Assembly: GCA_032128115.1 (NCBI GenBank)
Contig: JAQBHB010000090.1
Span: forward strand, 32,001-96,000
Length of the DNA: 64,000 nt
Direction: 5' to 3'
From: Deltaproteobacteria bacterium
GTDB lineage: Bacteria > Myxococcota_A > UBA9160 > SMWR01
Shown here: piece after piece, positions 10,008 through 19,584 of the stretch
How positions within the stretch are numbered: the stretch's first letter is position 1
Layout: each line of letters starts with the position of its first letter
The notes under the pieces: model-generated
Seen by the model: the letters and a program-made list of their open reading frames with translations, nothing else
What the model was told of the DNA's origin: nothing
Databases searched by the model: none
Translations under genes and position numbers: made by a program

Positions 10008-11300
10008 ATGTCGCTTCGCAACGACTACTCCGGCCCGTTCGACCCCGCCGTCGGACTCGCCGATTTTTCACGCCAGGCGCTGGCCCATCTGGGCCGCGAG
10101 TACCTGCTGAATGGACACCTCCAGGATCGGGTCGGCCTGCCCCTGGTGGCAAAGCGGTTTGGCGGCGACGCCTATGTGCAGTTCTCCATAGAGGAATGGA
10201 TGAGCGCGAGCCCCATCTACTCGCTGCGGATGCAACGAGCCATGGGTTTCGAAGGCCACGACGTTTCCACGCTGTTCAAGAACCTGCAGATGGATATCGG
10301 TGCTCCCCACCAGTTCATGGATTTCCAGTTCCGTCTCGACCGCCCGGATTACGGCGAGTTCTGGCTGCCCCACTGCGGAGCCTTGCTGGACGTGGAACCG
10401 TTCGGCGAGAAGCGCGTGAAGCTCATGTGCCATGACATCGAGGACCCCACCTTCGATGCGACAGCAGCCGCAACCCATCCGAACATGAAGATGCGGCCCA
10501 TCCACCGCCCGCCGCGCGTGCCGGCGGGGCGTACGCCCGCCTGTCGCTGGTCGGTATTCATCAGCGACGATGCGGAGCCCTTCGAGCAGCACGCGAACCT
10601 CGAGATCGTGCGCAAGGCGAAGCTGGCCACGATTCCGATCCAGATTCCCGACGCCGATGCCGAACCCGGAGGCTGGCGCGACTACTCGGGCCCGTTCGAC
10701 CCCGGCTTCCAGCTGGAAGACCTGTCGCACCGGGCCCTGGTGATCGTGAACCAGGAGTTCGCGGTGCAGAGCCACCTCTTGACCCGCGCCTTCATGCTGT
10801 GCGCAGCCCAGCGCCTGGACGACGCGGCAGCGGGCGAACTGGGTGCCTGCCAGTGGACGGGTATTGCCGCCCTCACTGCCGAGCGCCTGAAGGCCAGGTT
10901 CTCGATCGGAGGCGACGACATCGAGGCGGTGGCCAAGATTTTCCAGATCCACCCCTGCTTCTTTCCGCGCACCTATGTGGACTTCCGGGTGGAGATCACT
11001 GGAGACCAGAGTGCTCGCATCGCGATCCGCGATTGCCCCGCCCTCGACGAGGGGGACGCCTGCTCGTGGTTCGCCGGGCTCTCGACCCGGGCGCACCCGG
11101 CCCTCGATGCCATCGCGGGGACCGTCAATCCGCGAACGCGTTGTCATCCGGTGTCGAACCCGGGAGGCGCCCGACTCGCGTGGGACGTGGTGATCGACCC
11201 GGCAGCGGAACCCCGCGATCCGCCCCAGGAACTCGCGCTCGCCAGGATCAGCAAGGGCGCGGCTTTCCGCTTCGAGCAGAGGCGAACCCTGCGAGCCTGA
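10008..11300 (+). CDS. Conserved hypothetical protein with internal duplication
   Basis: 430-aa ORF with coding-like codon usage; both halves begin DYSGPFDP. Confidence 0.8.
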   Translation: MSLRNDYSGPFDPAVGLADFSRQALAHLGREYLLNGHLQDRVGLPLVAKRFGGDAYVQFSIEEWMSASPIYSLRMQRAMGFEGHDVSTLFKNLQMDIGAPHQFMDFQFRLDRPDYGEFWLPHCGALLDVEPFGEKRVKLMCHDIEDPTFDATAAATHPNMKMRPIHRPPRVPAGRTPACRWSVFISDDAEPFEQHANLEIVRKAKLATIPIQIPDADAEPGGWRDYSGPFDPGFQLEDLSHRALVIVNQEFAVQSHLLTRAFMLCAAQRLDDAAAGELGACQWTGIAALTAERLKARFSIGGDDIEAVAKIFQIHPCFFPRTYVDFRVEITGDQSARIAIRDCPALDEGDACSWFAGLSTRAHPALDAIAGTVNPRTRCHPVSNPGGARLAWDVVIDPAAEPRDPPQELALARISKGAAFRFEQRRTLRA

Positions 11301-11316
11301 CACCCGGGAGGTGACC

Positions 11317-12183
11317 ATGACGAGACGTGCGGGCTACATCGGGCTGGGAAACATCGGAAAGCCCATGGCGGGCTGCTGGATCGAGGCAGGCTTCGAGACG
11401 CTGGTCTACGACGTGGTGGACGCGCCCATGGCGGAGCTCGTCGAGCGCGGAGCCAAGGCCGCAAGCTCACCGCGCGCCGTGGGCGAGGCGGCCGACGTGA
11501 TCGGCATCTGCGTGCGCGACGACGACGACGTGCGCGCGGTGCTGCTCGGCGAGGACGGCGTGTTGGCCGGTGCGGCCGAGGGCGCCGTGGTGATGATCCA
11601 CAGCACCGTGCGACCGCAGACCGTGGTGGAGATGGCGCATGCGGGCTCCGAGCGCGGTGTGGACGTGATCGACGCCGCCATCACCGGTGGCGACCAGCGG
11701 GCCGCGGTAGGCGACCTGGCCATCATGGCCGGAGGCGACCCGGCGGCGCTCGAGAAGGCGAGACCCATTCTCGACGCTTGTGCCCGGTCCGGGGTCTTCC
11801 ACTGTGGCGAGCTCGGCAACGGCATGAAGACCAAGCTCTGTATCAACCTGGTCACCTATCTACAGTGGCTGGCGGGCTACGAGGGCTTGCGCCTGGCCAA
11901 GGCTTCGGGGCTTCCGGTCGAAACCTTCGAGGAGGTCGGACAGGCGAACGGGCAGATCACGCCGCTGATGGTGCGCTTTCTCATCATGCACAAGATGCCG
12001 GACGAAGCCCGCCGGTCCGATGCTGTGCAGAAGCTGGTTCGCGGCCACACGCTGGTGGCCGAAAAGGACCTGAACCTGGCCCTCGAACTGGCGCGTGAGA
12101 ACGGCATCTCCCTGCCGGGCGCGGGGCTCGTCTCCCAGCTCATGGCTCGAATCTACGGCCTCGAGGATGAAGGCCGTCGCTGA
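11317..12183 (+). CDS. NAD(P)-dependent oxidoreductase, 3-hydroxyisobutyrate dehydrogenase family
   Basis: GYIGLGNIGKPMA, DAAITGG, GNGMKTKLCINL, KDLNLAL; GGAGG RBS. Confidence 0.92.
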   Translation: MTRRAGYIGLGNIGKPMAGCWIEAGFETLVYDVVDAPMAELVERGAKAASSPRAVGEAADVIGICVRDDDDVRAVLLGEDGVLAGAAEGAVVMIHSTVRPQTVVEMAHAGSERGVDVIDAAITGGDQRAAVGDLAIMAGGDPAALEKARPILDACARSGVFHCGELGNGMKTKLCINLVTYLQWLAGYEGLRLAKASGLPVETFEEVGQANGQITPLMVRFLIMHKMPDEARRSDAVQKLVRGHTLVAEKDLNLALELARENGISLPGAGLVSQLMARIYGLEDEGRR

Positions 12184-12208
12184 TCCCCGAATCTGAAAGG
12201 AGTGAGTG

Positions 12209-12604
12209 ATGGCCGATGACGACCGCTATCAACGTGGTGCGAAGATGCTGGAGAAGGTCTACGCGGGAGATGTGACTGCACCTCCCAAGGGCTCCATGGC
12301 GTTCTCGGATTTGATGCTCGAGAGCCTGTTCGCCGAGGTATGGACCCGGGAGGAGCTCTCGATCCGCGACCGGCGACTGATCCTGTTCGGCGTCATTGGC
12401 GCGCTTGGCGAGAAGGATACCTTCGCCATCCAGGCCAGGTCGGCGCTCAAGAACGGCGAGCTCACCCCGGATCAGTTGCGCGAAGTGCTGATCATGTTGG
12501 CCAACTACGCGGGCTACCCGCGCGCAGCCGGCCTGATCGGCGTAGTGGAGAAGCAGATCGCAGCGGTTGCCAAGGAGCAGAAGGGCGAAGGGGACGACTC
12601 CTAG
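12209..12604 (+). CDS. Carboxymuconolactone decarboxylase family protein
   Basis: FAEVWTREELSIRDRRLI, YAGYP motifs; AAGGAG RBS. Confidence 0.88.
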   Translation: MADDDRYQRGAKMLEKVYAGDVTAPPKGSMAFSDLMLESLFAEVWTREELSIRDRRLILFGVIGALGEKDTFAIQARSALKNGELTPDQLREVLIMLANYAGYPRAAGLIGVVEKQIAAVAKEQKGEGDDS

Positions 12605-13506
12605 AGGTGCTTGCCGAGGAACGCGATCATCCGCTCGATGGCGAGCCTTGCGGGCGGCAGCATCTCGAGTTGCGCATAGCCGTGGGGCATGAAGTCGTCG
12701 ACGAAATGCTCGTGAGCGATGCGCGCCTTCGCGAGCGCGTTCGCCAGGTCCTCGGACTGGTTCATCAGCGGGTCCGCGCCGCCCACCACCAGATGGCAGG
12801 GTGGGAGCCGGTGGGCCGCGTGCAATGGGCTCACGCGCGGGTCGCGCACGAGGTCACCGCGCTCGCTGCCCAGGTAGGCGCTCAGCATCAGCTCGACCAT
12901 CTTCGGGCCCAGGACCTGCAGGAGGCCGTCGGGTGCGGCGGGCGGTGACGCTTCGATCGAGACGGTGGCCATGTCGAAGACTCCGTAGATCAGCAGGGCG
13001 GCACGGGGACGCGCGGGATCGTCTGCCAGCGCAGCGGCCACGGCAGCCGAAAGATTTGCGCCCGCACTGTCGCCGCCAACGGCCAGGCGAGAGGCATCGC
13101 CGTTCCAGCGCTGCGCCTCGCGGGCGGCCCAGCGCACCGCCTCCATGCAGTCTTCGAAGGGCGCCGGGAACGGGTGTTCGGGCGCCAGGCGATAATCCAC
13201 GTTGATCACCAGGTAGCCGGCCTCGGCAAAGCGACTGGCGAGCTTGCGGTGACTGGTAGGGTTGCCGCAGATCCAACCGCCGCCGTGCAGGTAGACCAGT
13301 ACCGGATGCGGGCCAGAGCCGCGGGGCTCGATCACGTCGGCCGTCAGGCCGTCGGCGATGGGCACTGCCGCGTGGAAGGCGCCCACCTCGGGCAGGTCGA
13401 GATTCAGGAACCCCGCAAAGCGGTCCACCAGCTGGCGCATGTCGTCCGCGGTCTCCGGCGGGGACTGGAGGATCTGGGCCAGGGATGCGAGGAGGTCCGA
13501 TGTCAT
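12601..13506 (-). CDS. Alpha/beta hydrolase, HSL-family esterase
   Basis: HGGGW, DYRLAPEHPFPA, GDSAGANL, catalytic D (ADPL) and H (PHGY). Confidence 0.93.
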   Translation of the reverse strand: MTSDLLASLAQILQSPPETADDMRQLVDRFAGFLNLDLPEVGAFHAAVPIADGLTADVIEPRGSGPHPVLVYLHGGGWICGNPTSHRKLASRFAEAGYLVINVDYRLAPEHPFPAPFEDCMEAVRWAAREAQRWNGDASRLAVGGDSAGANLSAAVAAALADDPARPRAALLIYGVFDMATVSIEASPPAAPDGLLQVLGPKMVELMLSAYLGSERGDLVRDPRVSPLHAAHRLPPCHLVVGGADPLMNQSEDLANALAKARIAHEHFVDDFMPHGYAQLEMLPPARLAIERMIAFLGKHL

Positions 13507-13552
13507 GTCGTCGCTCCACTGGATGGACGAAGGGCCAGGCCAGCCCGTATTG

Positions 13553-13585
13553 TATGAAATCGGCATGAAATCGGTATGAAATCAG
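13553..13585. promoter_or_regulatory. Triple 11-bp direct repeat in a divergent intergenic region, candidate regulator binding site
   Basis: TATGAAATCGG / CATGAAATCGG / TATGAAATCAG. Confidence 0.6.
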
Positions 13586-13609
13586 GCTCGCCTTCGAAGG
13601 ACGTGGACC

Positions 13610-15697
13610 ATGGTGACCGTGATCGAGAAAGATGCCAGCCCGGAGGTGATCGAGGATCGGATCGATGAACTTCTCTCGGGGCTCACCCTCGAAGAGAAGG
13701 TCTCGATGCTCTCCGGCCACGGCTTTCTCGAACAGATCCAGAAAGATGGCGGGCGCTACGGCGCGCGCATGTATCACGTGGCTGCGGGCAACCAGCGACT
13801 CGGAATTCCGCCCCTGCTCTTCAACGACGGGCCGCGTGGCGTCAATATGGGGCACTCGACCTGCTTCCCCGTGCCCATGGCCCGGGGTGCCAGCTTCGAC
13901 GTCGGGCTCGAGCGGCGCATCGGCGAGGCCATTGGCCGGGAGATGCGCGCCCGGGGCGGCAATCTCTTCGGTGGCGTCTGCATCAACCTGCTTCGACATC
14001 CGGCCTGGGGGCGGGCACAGGAGACCTACGGAGAAGACCCGTTCCTGCTGGGAGAGATGGGAGCGGCTCTCGTGACTGGTGTGCAGCAGCACGGCGTGGT
14101 TGCCACCGTGAAGCACTATGCCGCCAACAGCATGGAAAACGTGCGCTTCAAAGTAGACGTGACCCTCGACGAGCGCCCGCTTCGCGAAGTCTACCTGCCG
14201 CATTTCAAGCGCTGTGTGGACGCTGGCGTCGGCGCGGTGATGAGCGCCTACAATCAGGTGAACGGAGCCTACTGCGGCCACAGCGAAGCCCTGCTGACGA
14301 AGATCCTGAAGCATGAATGGGGTTTCGATGGCTTCGTCTACTCGGACTTCGTCCTGGGTTGCCGCGACTGGAGCGCTTTTTCCGCAGGCCTGGACGTCGA
14401 GGCGCCCGACACGATCCACTTCGGCCCGCACCTGCGCTCGGCCATCGAGAGGGGGGAGGTCAGCCAGGCGAGGCTCGACGATGGCGCACGCCGGGTGCTG
14501 CGAAGCCTGTTTCGGCGGGTCGCGATGCCAGACTCCGAGAGCTATGGGCCGGAACTCGTGGCGTGCGACGCGCATGTGGCACTCGCCAGGGAATCGGTGC
14601 AGAAGAGCATCGTGCTGCTTCGAAACGAGGGCGTGTTGCCCTGGGATGCCGCGACTTTCGACCGGGTGCTGGTCCTCGGGAAGCTGGCCGACGTTCCGAA
14701 TCTCGGCGACCGTGGCTCGAGCGAGGTTTCACCCCCTTCGGCGGTGACGCCGCTGGCGGGATTGCGCGCCGCGCTCCCGGACGGCTGTGAGGTCGTTTAC
14801 GACGCCGGGGAAGACCTGGCACGTGTGCGGGTTCTCGCCGCGACGGCGGACGCGGTCCTGGTGGTAGCAGGACTTAGCTACGAGGATGAGGGTGAGTTCA
14901 TCCCAGGTGGACACGTGGGCGCCTCGGACGGGAAGGACCTGGGCGGCGATCGCCGTGAGCTCGGTCTCGGCCCGGAGCAGGAGGCCCTGATCCACGCCGC
15001 TGCCGAGGCGAACGCGAGCACCATCGTGGCGGTGATGGCGGGCTCTGCCGTCCTGATGGAGAGCTGGCGGGAGCGGGTTCCGGGCATCCTGATGCTGTGG
15101 TATCCGGGGATGGAGGGCGGCACGGGGCTCGCCGGCGTCCTGCTGGGGCAGGTGAACCCCTCGGGGCGCCTGCCATTCAGCGTTCCGCGGAGTGCCGACG
15201 ACCTGCCCTTCTTCGATCGGGAAGCCGAGGCGATCACGTATGATCTGTGGCACGGATACACCAAGCTCGAGCGCGATGACGTCGAGCCGGCCTACCCGTT
15301 CGGCTTCGGCCTCTCGTATACGTGCTTCGCTTTTTCGAACCCGACCGTGGCTCTCGACGAAACCGGCGAAACACTGCGCGTGGAGGTCGAGGTCGCCAAT
15401 ACGGGGGCGCGTGCGGGAGAGACGGTGGTGCAGGTATACGCCGGTTGGGCCGAGTCCGCGGCGGACCAGCCCCGCAAGCGACTCTGCGGTTTCGGGCGCG
15501 TTCTGCTTTCTGCCGGGGAGACGCAGACGGTGAGCGTCGAGGTGGCTCTTCGGCAGCTGGCCTTCTTCGACGCGGGCCGTTGGCGGCTCGGGACGGGCGA
15601 TTGGAGCATCTGGATCGGCGGCAGCAGCAGGGATGCCGACCTGGTTTCGACGACGATCGAGCTGACCGATCGCAGCTGGTCGATACGGGCTCGTTGA
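13610..15697 (+). CDS. Glycoside hydrolase family 3 (beta-glucosidase-like) with C-terminal Fn3-like domain
   Basis: DGPRG, GRAQETYGEDP, KHY, VMSAYN, GFDGFVYSDF, YPFGFGLSYT; no signal peptide. Confidence 0.95.
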   Translation: MVTVIEKDASPEVIEDRIDELLSGLTLEEKVSMLSGHGFLEQIQKDGGRYGARMYHVAAGNQRLGIPPLLFNDGPRGVNMGHSTCFPVPMARGASFDVGLERRIGEAIGREMRARGGNLFGGVCINLLRHPAWGRAQETYGEDPFLLGEMGAALVTGVQQHGVVATVKHYAANSMENVRFKVDVTLDERPLREVYLPHFKRCVDAGVGAVMSAYNQVNGAYCGHSEALLTKILKHEWGFDGFVYSDFVLGCRDWSAFSAGLDVEAPDTIHFGPHLRSAIERGEVSQARLDDGARRVLRSLFRRVAMPDSESYGPELVACDAHVALARESVQKSIVLLRNEGVLPWDAATFDRVLVLGKLADVPNLGDRGSSEVSPPSAVTPLAGLRAALPDGCEVVYDAGEDLARVRVLAATADAVLVVAGLSYEDEGEFIPGGHVGASDGKDLGGDRRELGLGPEQEALIHAAAEANASTIVAVMAGSAVLMESWRERVPGILMLWYPGMEGGTGLAGVLLGQVNPSGRLPFSVPRSADDLPFFDREAEAITYDLWHGYTKLERDDVEPAYPFGFGLSYTCFAFSNPTVALDETGETLRVEVEVANTGARAGETVVQVYAGWAESAADQPRKRLCGFGRVLLSAGETQTVSVEVALRQLAFFDAGRWRLGTGDWSIWIGGSSRDADLVSTTIELTDRSWSIRAR

Positions 15698-15710
15698 TAC
15701 AGGAGAAGTC

Positions 15711-16832
15711 ATGCTCTCGAAACTGGACGACTACCCCATCCACCAGACCTCGGAGCCCGTGGCCCACCCGGCATCCAGCGATCGGCACGTGTACGACCGC
15801 TACTGGTTCAACGGCTACCAGGACGACGGCGCCTTCTACTTCGGCATCGGCGCCGCACTCTATCCGAACCTCGAGATCATGGATTGCGGCTTCTCGATCG
15901 TGATCGACGGTGAGCAGCACGCCTTCCACGCGTCGCGCCGGGCACCCCGCGAGCCCACGGATTTGTGCGTAGGCCCCTGGAAGCTCGAGATCCAGGAGCC
16001 CATGAAGCGGCTCAAGATCAGCCTGGACGACAACGAGACCGGAATCTCGGGGGAGCTGCAGTGGATTCCGCGCACGGCGAACGTGGAAGAAGGCCACCAG
16101 CTGATGCGCCGCCGCATCGGGCGCATGCAGGCCACGCGCTTCAACCAGTTTGGCCACTGGGAGGGAGAGATCCGCACCCACGGCCGCTCGGTCCGGATCG
16201 ATCCCACGCGCGTCTACGGAACCAAGGACCGGAGCTGGGGCATCCGACCCGTCGGGGATCCGGCGCCCGTGGGCGCTCCGCCCGATCGAGTCGGAGGCAT
16301 CTTCTTCCTGTGGGCGCCCCTTCATTGGGAGGATCGCTGCACACACATGGGGGTGTTCGAGGACGAGCACGGCGTTCCCTGGCACTTCGATGGGATGATC
16401 TGCCCCGTCTACGACCACCCGGATGAAATTCCCGGCACCGAGGACCCGGCGACCCGGTTCCTGAGTGCCGGGGAGCACCGCTTGAGCTTCGTTGCCGGCA
16501 CCCGTCGAGCGAGCCGCGCGGAGATCACCCTCGTCGACATGGAGGGAAAACGCGAAGAGATCGAGCTCGAACCCGTGCTCTGCTTCCGGATGAAGGGCCT
16601 CGGCTATCTGCACCCGGAGTGGGGGCACGGCAGGTGGAAGGGAGAGCTCGCCATCGGCGGCGAGTCCTGGAAATGTGACCAGCTGGATGAGAACGCCTTC
16701 GAGAACGCCCACATCCAGCAGGTGATGATGGCGCGCAGCGGTGACAAGCGAGGGATCGGCGTGCTGGAGCAGCTACACCTTGGGCCTCACGCGCGCTACG
16801 GCTTCATGGAGTTCCTCGACCCGGCTCCGTAG
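15711..16832 (+). CDS. Conserved hypothetical protein (LDDYPIHQT...YDRYWF family)
   Basis: 373 aa; AGGAG RBS; motifs YDRYWFNG, RFNQFG.WEG, KDRSWGIRP, GLGY.HPEWGHG. Confidence 0.8.
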   Translation: MLSKLDDYPIHQTSEPVAHPASSDRHVYDRYWFNGYQDDGAFYFGIGAALYPNLEIMDCGFSIVIDGEQHAFHASRRAPREPTDLCVGPWKLEIQEPMKRLKISLDDNETGISGELQWIPRTANVEEGHQLMRRRIGRMQATRFNQFGHWEGEIRTHGRSVRIDPTRVYGTKDRSWGIRPVGDPAPVGAPPDRVGGIFFLWAPLHWEDRCTHMGVFEDEHGVPWHFDGMICPVYDHPDEIPGTEDPATRFLSAGEHRLSFVAGTRRASRAEITLVDMEGKREEIELEPVLCFRMKGLGYLHPEWGHGRWKGELAIGGESWKCDQLDENAFENAHIQQVMMARSGDKRGIGVLEQLHLGPHARYGFMEFLDPAP

Positions 16833-16857
16833 CCGCAACCGAAAAGAGGCGACCCAC

Positions 16858-18051
16858 ATGATCTACGACCCCTACTCCCGCGACATGCAGAATGATCCCT
16901 ATCCCGCCTATCGGCACTTCCGGGACGAGGAGCCCTGCGCCTACAACCCCGACATGGATTTCTACGCGCTCTTCCGGTTCGAGGATGTCTGGCGGGCCAC
17001 TCTCGATTGGGAGACCTACAGCTCGTCGCTGGGACCGCCCCTGGAGAACCGCGGGCAGATCCCGGGAGAGCTCATGTCCGTCATCGGGATGGACCCTCCC
17101 CGGCACGTCAAGATCCGGAACCTCGCGTCGCGGGGTTTCACGCCTCGTCGGATGGCTGCGCTCGAGGCCGACATCCGGGAGATCGCCAGGCACTACATGG
17201 AGCCGCTGCGCGACGCCGAGGGCTGTGACTTCCAGCAGGCCGTCTCCAGCAAGCTCCCCATGGACGTCATCAGCGCGCTACTCGGTATCCCCCCCAGCGA
17301 ACGCGACGGCTACCGCAAGACCATCGATCGCAGCCTGGCCCGCGACCCCGACACCGGTGAGATGCATTCGGACGGGATTGGGGGCATGCAGGACAGCCGG
17401 AACTTCCTCGTCGATCTGCTGGAGGTGCGACGCAAACACCCGAAGGACGATCTGATCTCGATCCTCGCCACCACCGAATACGAAGACGTGGACGGCGAGA
17501 CGAAGCTCCTGCGAACGGAGGAGGTGGTTGCCTTCGTGGGCCTGTTGGCCGCGGCGGGCTTCGAGACCACCACGAAGCTGCTGGGCAATTGCATGGTGTA
17601 TCTGGGGCGACACCCGGAGCAGCGAACTCGCCTGTGGGCGGATCCGGATCTCTTCCCCACGGCGATCGAGGAGGTGCTGCGTTACGACGCCCCGTCGCAA
17701 TTTCAGGGTCGTGTTGCGCTACGGGCCGTCACCGAACACGGTGTCACGATTCCGGAGGGAGCCCGGGTCGCCCTGGTCTCGGGAGCGGCGTGTCGGGACG
17801 AACGGGAATTCGACGAACCCGATCGCTTCGACATCACGCGCCAGCCGGAGCGGCAGATCTATTTCGGCCACGGCCACCACGTCTGCATCGGCAAGAGTCT
17901 CGCCCGACTCGAAACCCGCGTGGTGCTGGAAGAGGTTCGCGATCGCTTCCCCGACTACATCGTCGACGAAGCTGGCCTCACCCGCACCTACCAGGCCCAT
18001 GTGCGAGGCTTCGCCACGGTTCCCATCTCGTTCGAGAATTCACTGCCCTGA
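16858..18051 (+). CDS. Cytochrome P450
   Basis: MDPPRH, AGFETT (I-helix), EEVLR (ExxR), FGHGHHVCIG heme motif. Confidence 0.96.
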   Translation: MIYDPYSRDMQNDPYPAYRHFRDEEPCAYNPDMDFYALFRFEDVWRATLDWETYSSSLGPPLENRGQIPGELMSVIGMDPPRHVKIRNLASRGFTPRRMAALEADIREIARHYMEPLRDAEGCDFQQAVSSKLPMDVISALLGIPPSERDGYRKTIDRSLARDPDTGEMHSDGIGGMQDSRNFLVDLLEVRRKHPKDDLISILATTEYEDVDGETKLLRTEEVVAFVGLLAAAGFETTTKLLGNCMVYLGRHPEQRTRLWADPDLFPTAIEEVLRYDAPSQFQGRVALRAVTEHGVTIPEGARVALVSGAACRDEREFDEPDRFDITRQPERQIYFGHGHHVCIGKSLARLETRVVLEEVRDRFPDYIVDEAGLTRTYQAHVRGFATVPISFENSLP

Positions 18052-18060
18052 CCTCGCCGA

Positions 18061-19416
18061 TCAGGAAAGCGCCTGGAGTTCCAGGGGAAGGCCGTCGCGG
18101 GGCTTCGAGATCGGTGCTTGCTGGACCGGCATGCGGTAGTCGTCGGGCACGCGCCAGCGGTAGCGACGCACCAGGTGGTGCATGACCAGTCGCACCTGCG
18201 CCTCGCCAAAGCGCAGCCCGATGCACATGTGGGGTCCTCCTCCGAACGGAATCCAGCAGTGGCTGTGGCGCCCGTGCTCGGCTCGTTCCGGGGAGAAGCG
18301 CTCTGGATCCCAGCGGTCGGGATCGGGCCACCATGTTTCCATGTGGTGAGTGTGGATCGGGGATATCACGACCATCACGCCCTCGGGAATCCGGTAACCG
18401 TCCCACTCGAACTCCCGGATCGAAGTCCGCGGGATCACGGGCAGCGGCGGATATCGACGCAGCGTTTCGCGCATGGCGAAAGTCAGGCTCGGCAGTGAGT
18501 CGAGATCGTCGAAAACCGGAGGCTCGGCGCCGAAGGCCACGCTCTCGGCGCGGATCCGATCCTGCCAGTCCGGGTTTCGTGCGAGTTCGTACATGAGCGA
18601 GGTGAGCGTGCTGGTGGTGGTGTCGTGCGCGGCCATCATCAAGAAGTTCATGTGGTCGAGAACGTCGGCATCGGAGAAGGCACGGCCCTCCTCATCGCGG
18701 GCCCGGCACAGCCGGCTGAAGATGTCGCCGCCGGCGTCGCCGCGCTTCTTCGCCAGCATGTTGCCCAGAAAGCCAAGCAGGAAGCGCCGGCCCTCGACGC
18801 CCCGGTGGTGCCTGCCGAATCCCGGAAAGCGCAGGCCCGGCATCGAGGCTGCCACCATGGCCTCGAAGGCTCCGTTCATGCTGGCCGCCGAGGGGCCGAG
18901 ATCCACGCCCACGAAGATCGCGGCGGCCAGGTCGAGGGTCAGGCTCTTGAAGGCGTCGTAGGCCCGAAAGGAGGGCACGCCGGTCGGCCAGTCTGCGATG
19001 CCCTCGGCAATCGCCGGATTCATCTGGTCGATGTACTCCCGCAACACCGGCCGTTTAAAGGCCTCGTGCATGATCTTGCGGTGGTGCTTGTGCTCTTCGC
19101 CGTCGCGCAGGAGCAGCCCATTGGGGAAGATGGTCCCCATGATCGCCATCCACGGCTTTCGGGCCGAAAACGTCTGATCGCGGTCGAGCAGCACGAAGCG
19201 GTTGGCGTCGGGACCGAAGAGGTTCACGCTGGTGAAGCGGCCGCGCCCCTGTACCACGGTAGGGCCGTACTCGCGGAAATGGTCTTCGTTCATGGCGCGC
19301 ATGTCGTAGCGGCTGACCTCGCCACGCAGAAACCGCCCGAGGGTTCTGGGAATCGGGGCCCGCGGGATCGCCTCGAAGGGCTTTGCTGCGCGAGACGTAC
19401 CCTGGATCACAGGCAT
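18061..19416 (-). CDS. Cytochrome P450 (CYP136-like)
   Basis: AAHDTT, ETLR, DPERF, FGGGPHMCIG. Confidence 0.95.
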   Translation of the reverse strand: MPVIQGTSRAAKPFEAIPRAPIPRTLGRFLRGEVSRYDMRAMNEDHFREYGPTVVQGRGRFTSVNLFGPDANRFVLLDRDQTFSARKPWMAIMGTIFPNGLLLRDGEEHKHHRKIMHEAFKRPVLREYIDQMNPAIAEGIADWPTGVPSFRAYDAFKSLTLDLAAAIFVGVDLGPSAASMNGAFEAMVAASMPGLRFPGFGRHHRGVEGRRFLLGFLGNMLAKKRGDAGGDIFSRLCRARDEEGRAFSDADVLDHMNFLMMAAHDTTTSTLTSLMYELARNPDWQDRIRAESVAFGAEPPVFDDLDSLPSLTFAMRETLRRYPPLPVIPRTSIREFEWDGYRIPEGVMVVISPIHTHHMETWWPDPDRWDPERFSPERAEHGRHSHCWIPFGGGPHMCIGLRFGEAQVRLVMHHLVRRYRWRVPDDYRMPVQQAPISKPRDGLPLELQALS

Positions 19417-19584
19417 TTCGATGACCTTCCTGCGCCGGCCCTGTCGTCCTGTGAGGAACTACAGCGAGCCGCGCGACGGCTCCGAGCCAGGTTACGTCTT
19501 TCTGTGCACGGGGTCACCGGCGACACCCGTCGCGCCGGGGCTGAGGCTCCCGACGGTCAGCCCGCCTATACTGCACCGCCGATC

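Noticed and set aside
13553..13585. Pho box
   Set aside because: The period fits but the sequence does not match CTGTCAT on either strand, and the flanking genes are not phosphate-related.
18625..19584. N-terminal extension making a 1030-aa sulfatase
   Set aside because: It overlaps the minus-strand P450; the lipoprotein signal at 19585 is the plausible start.
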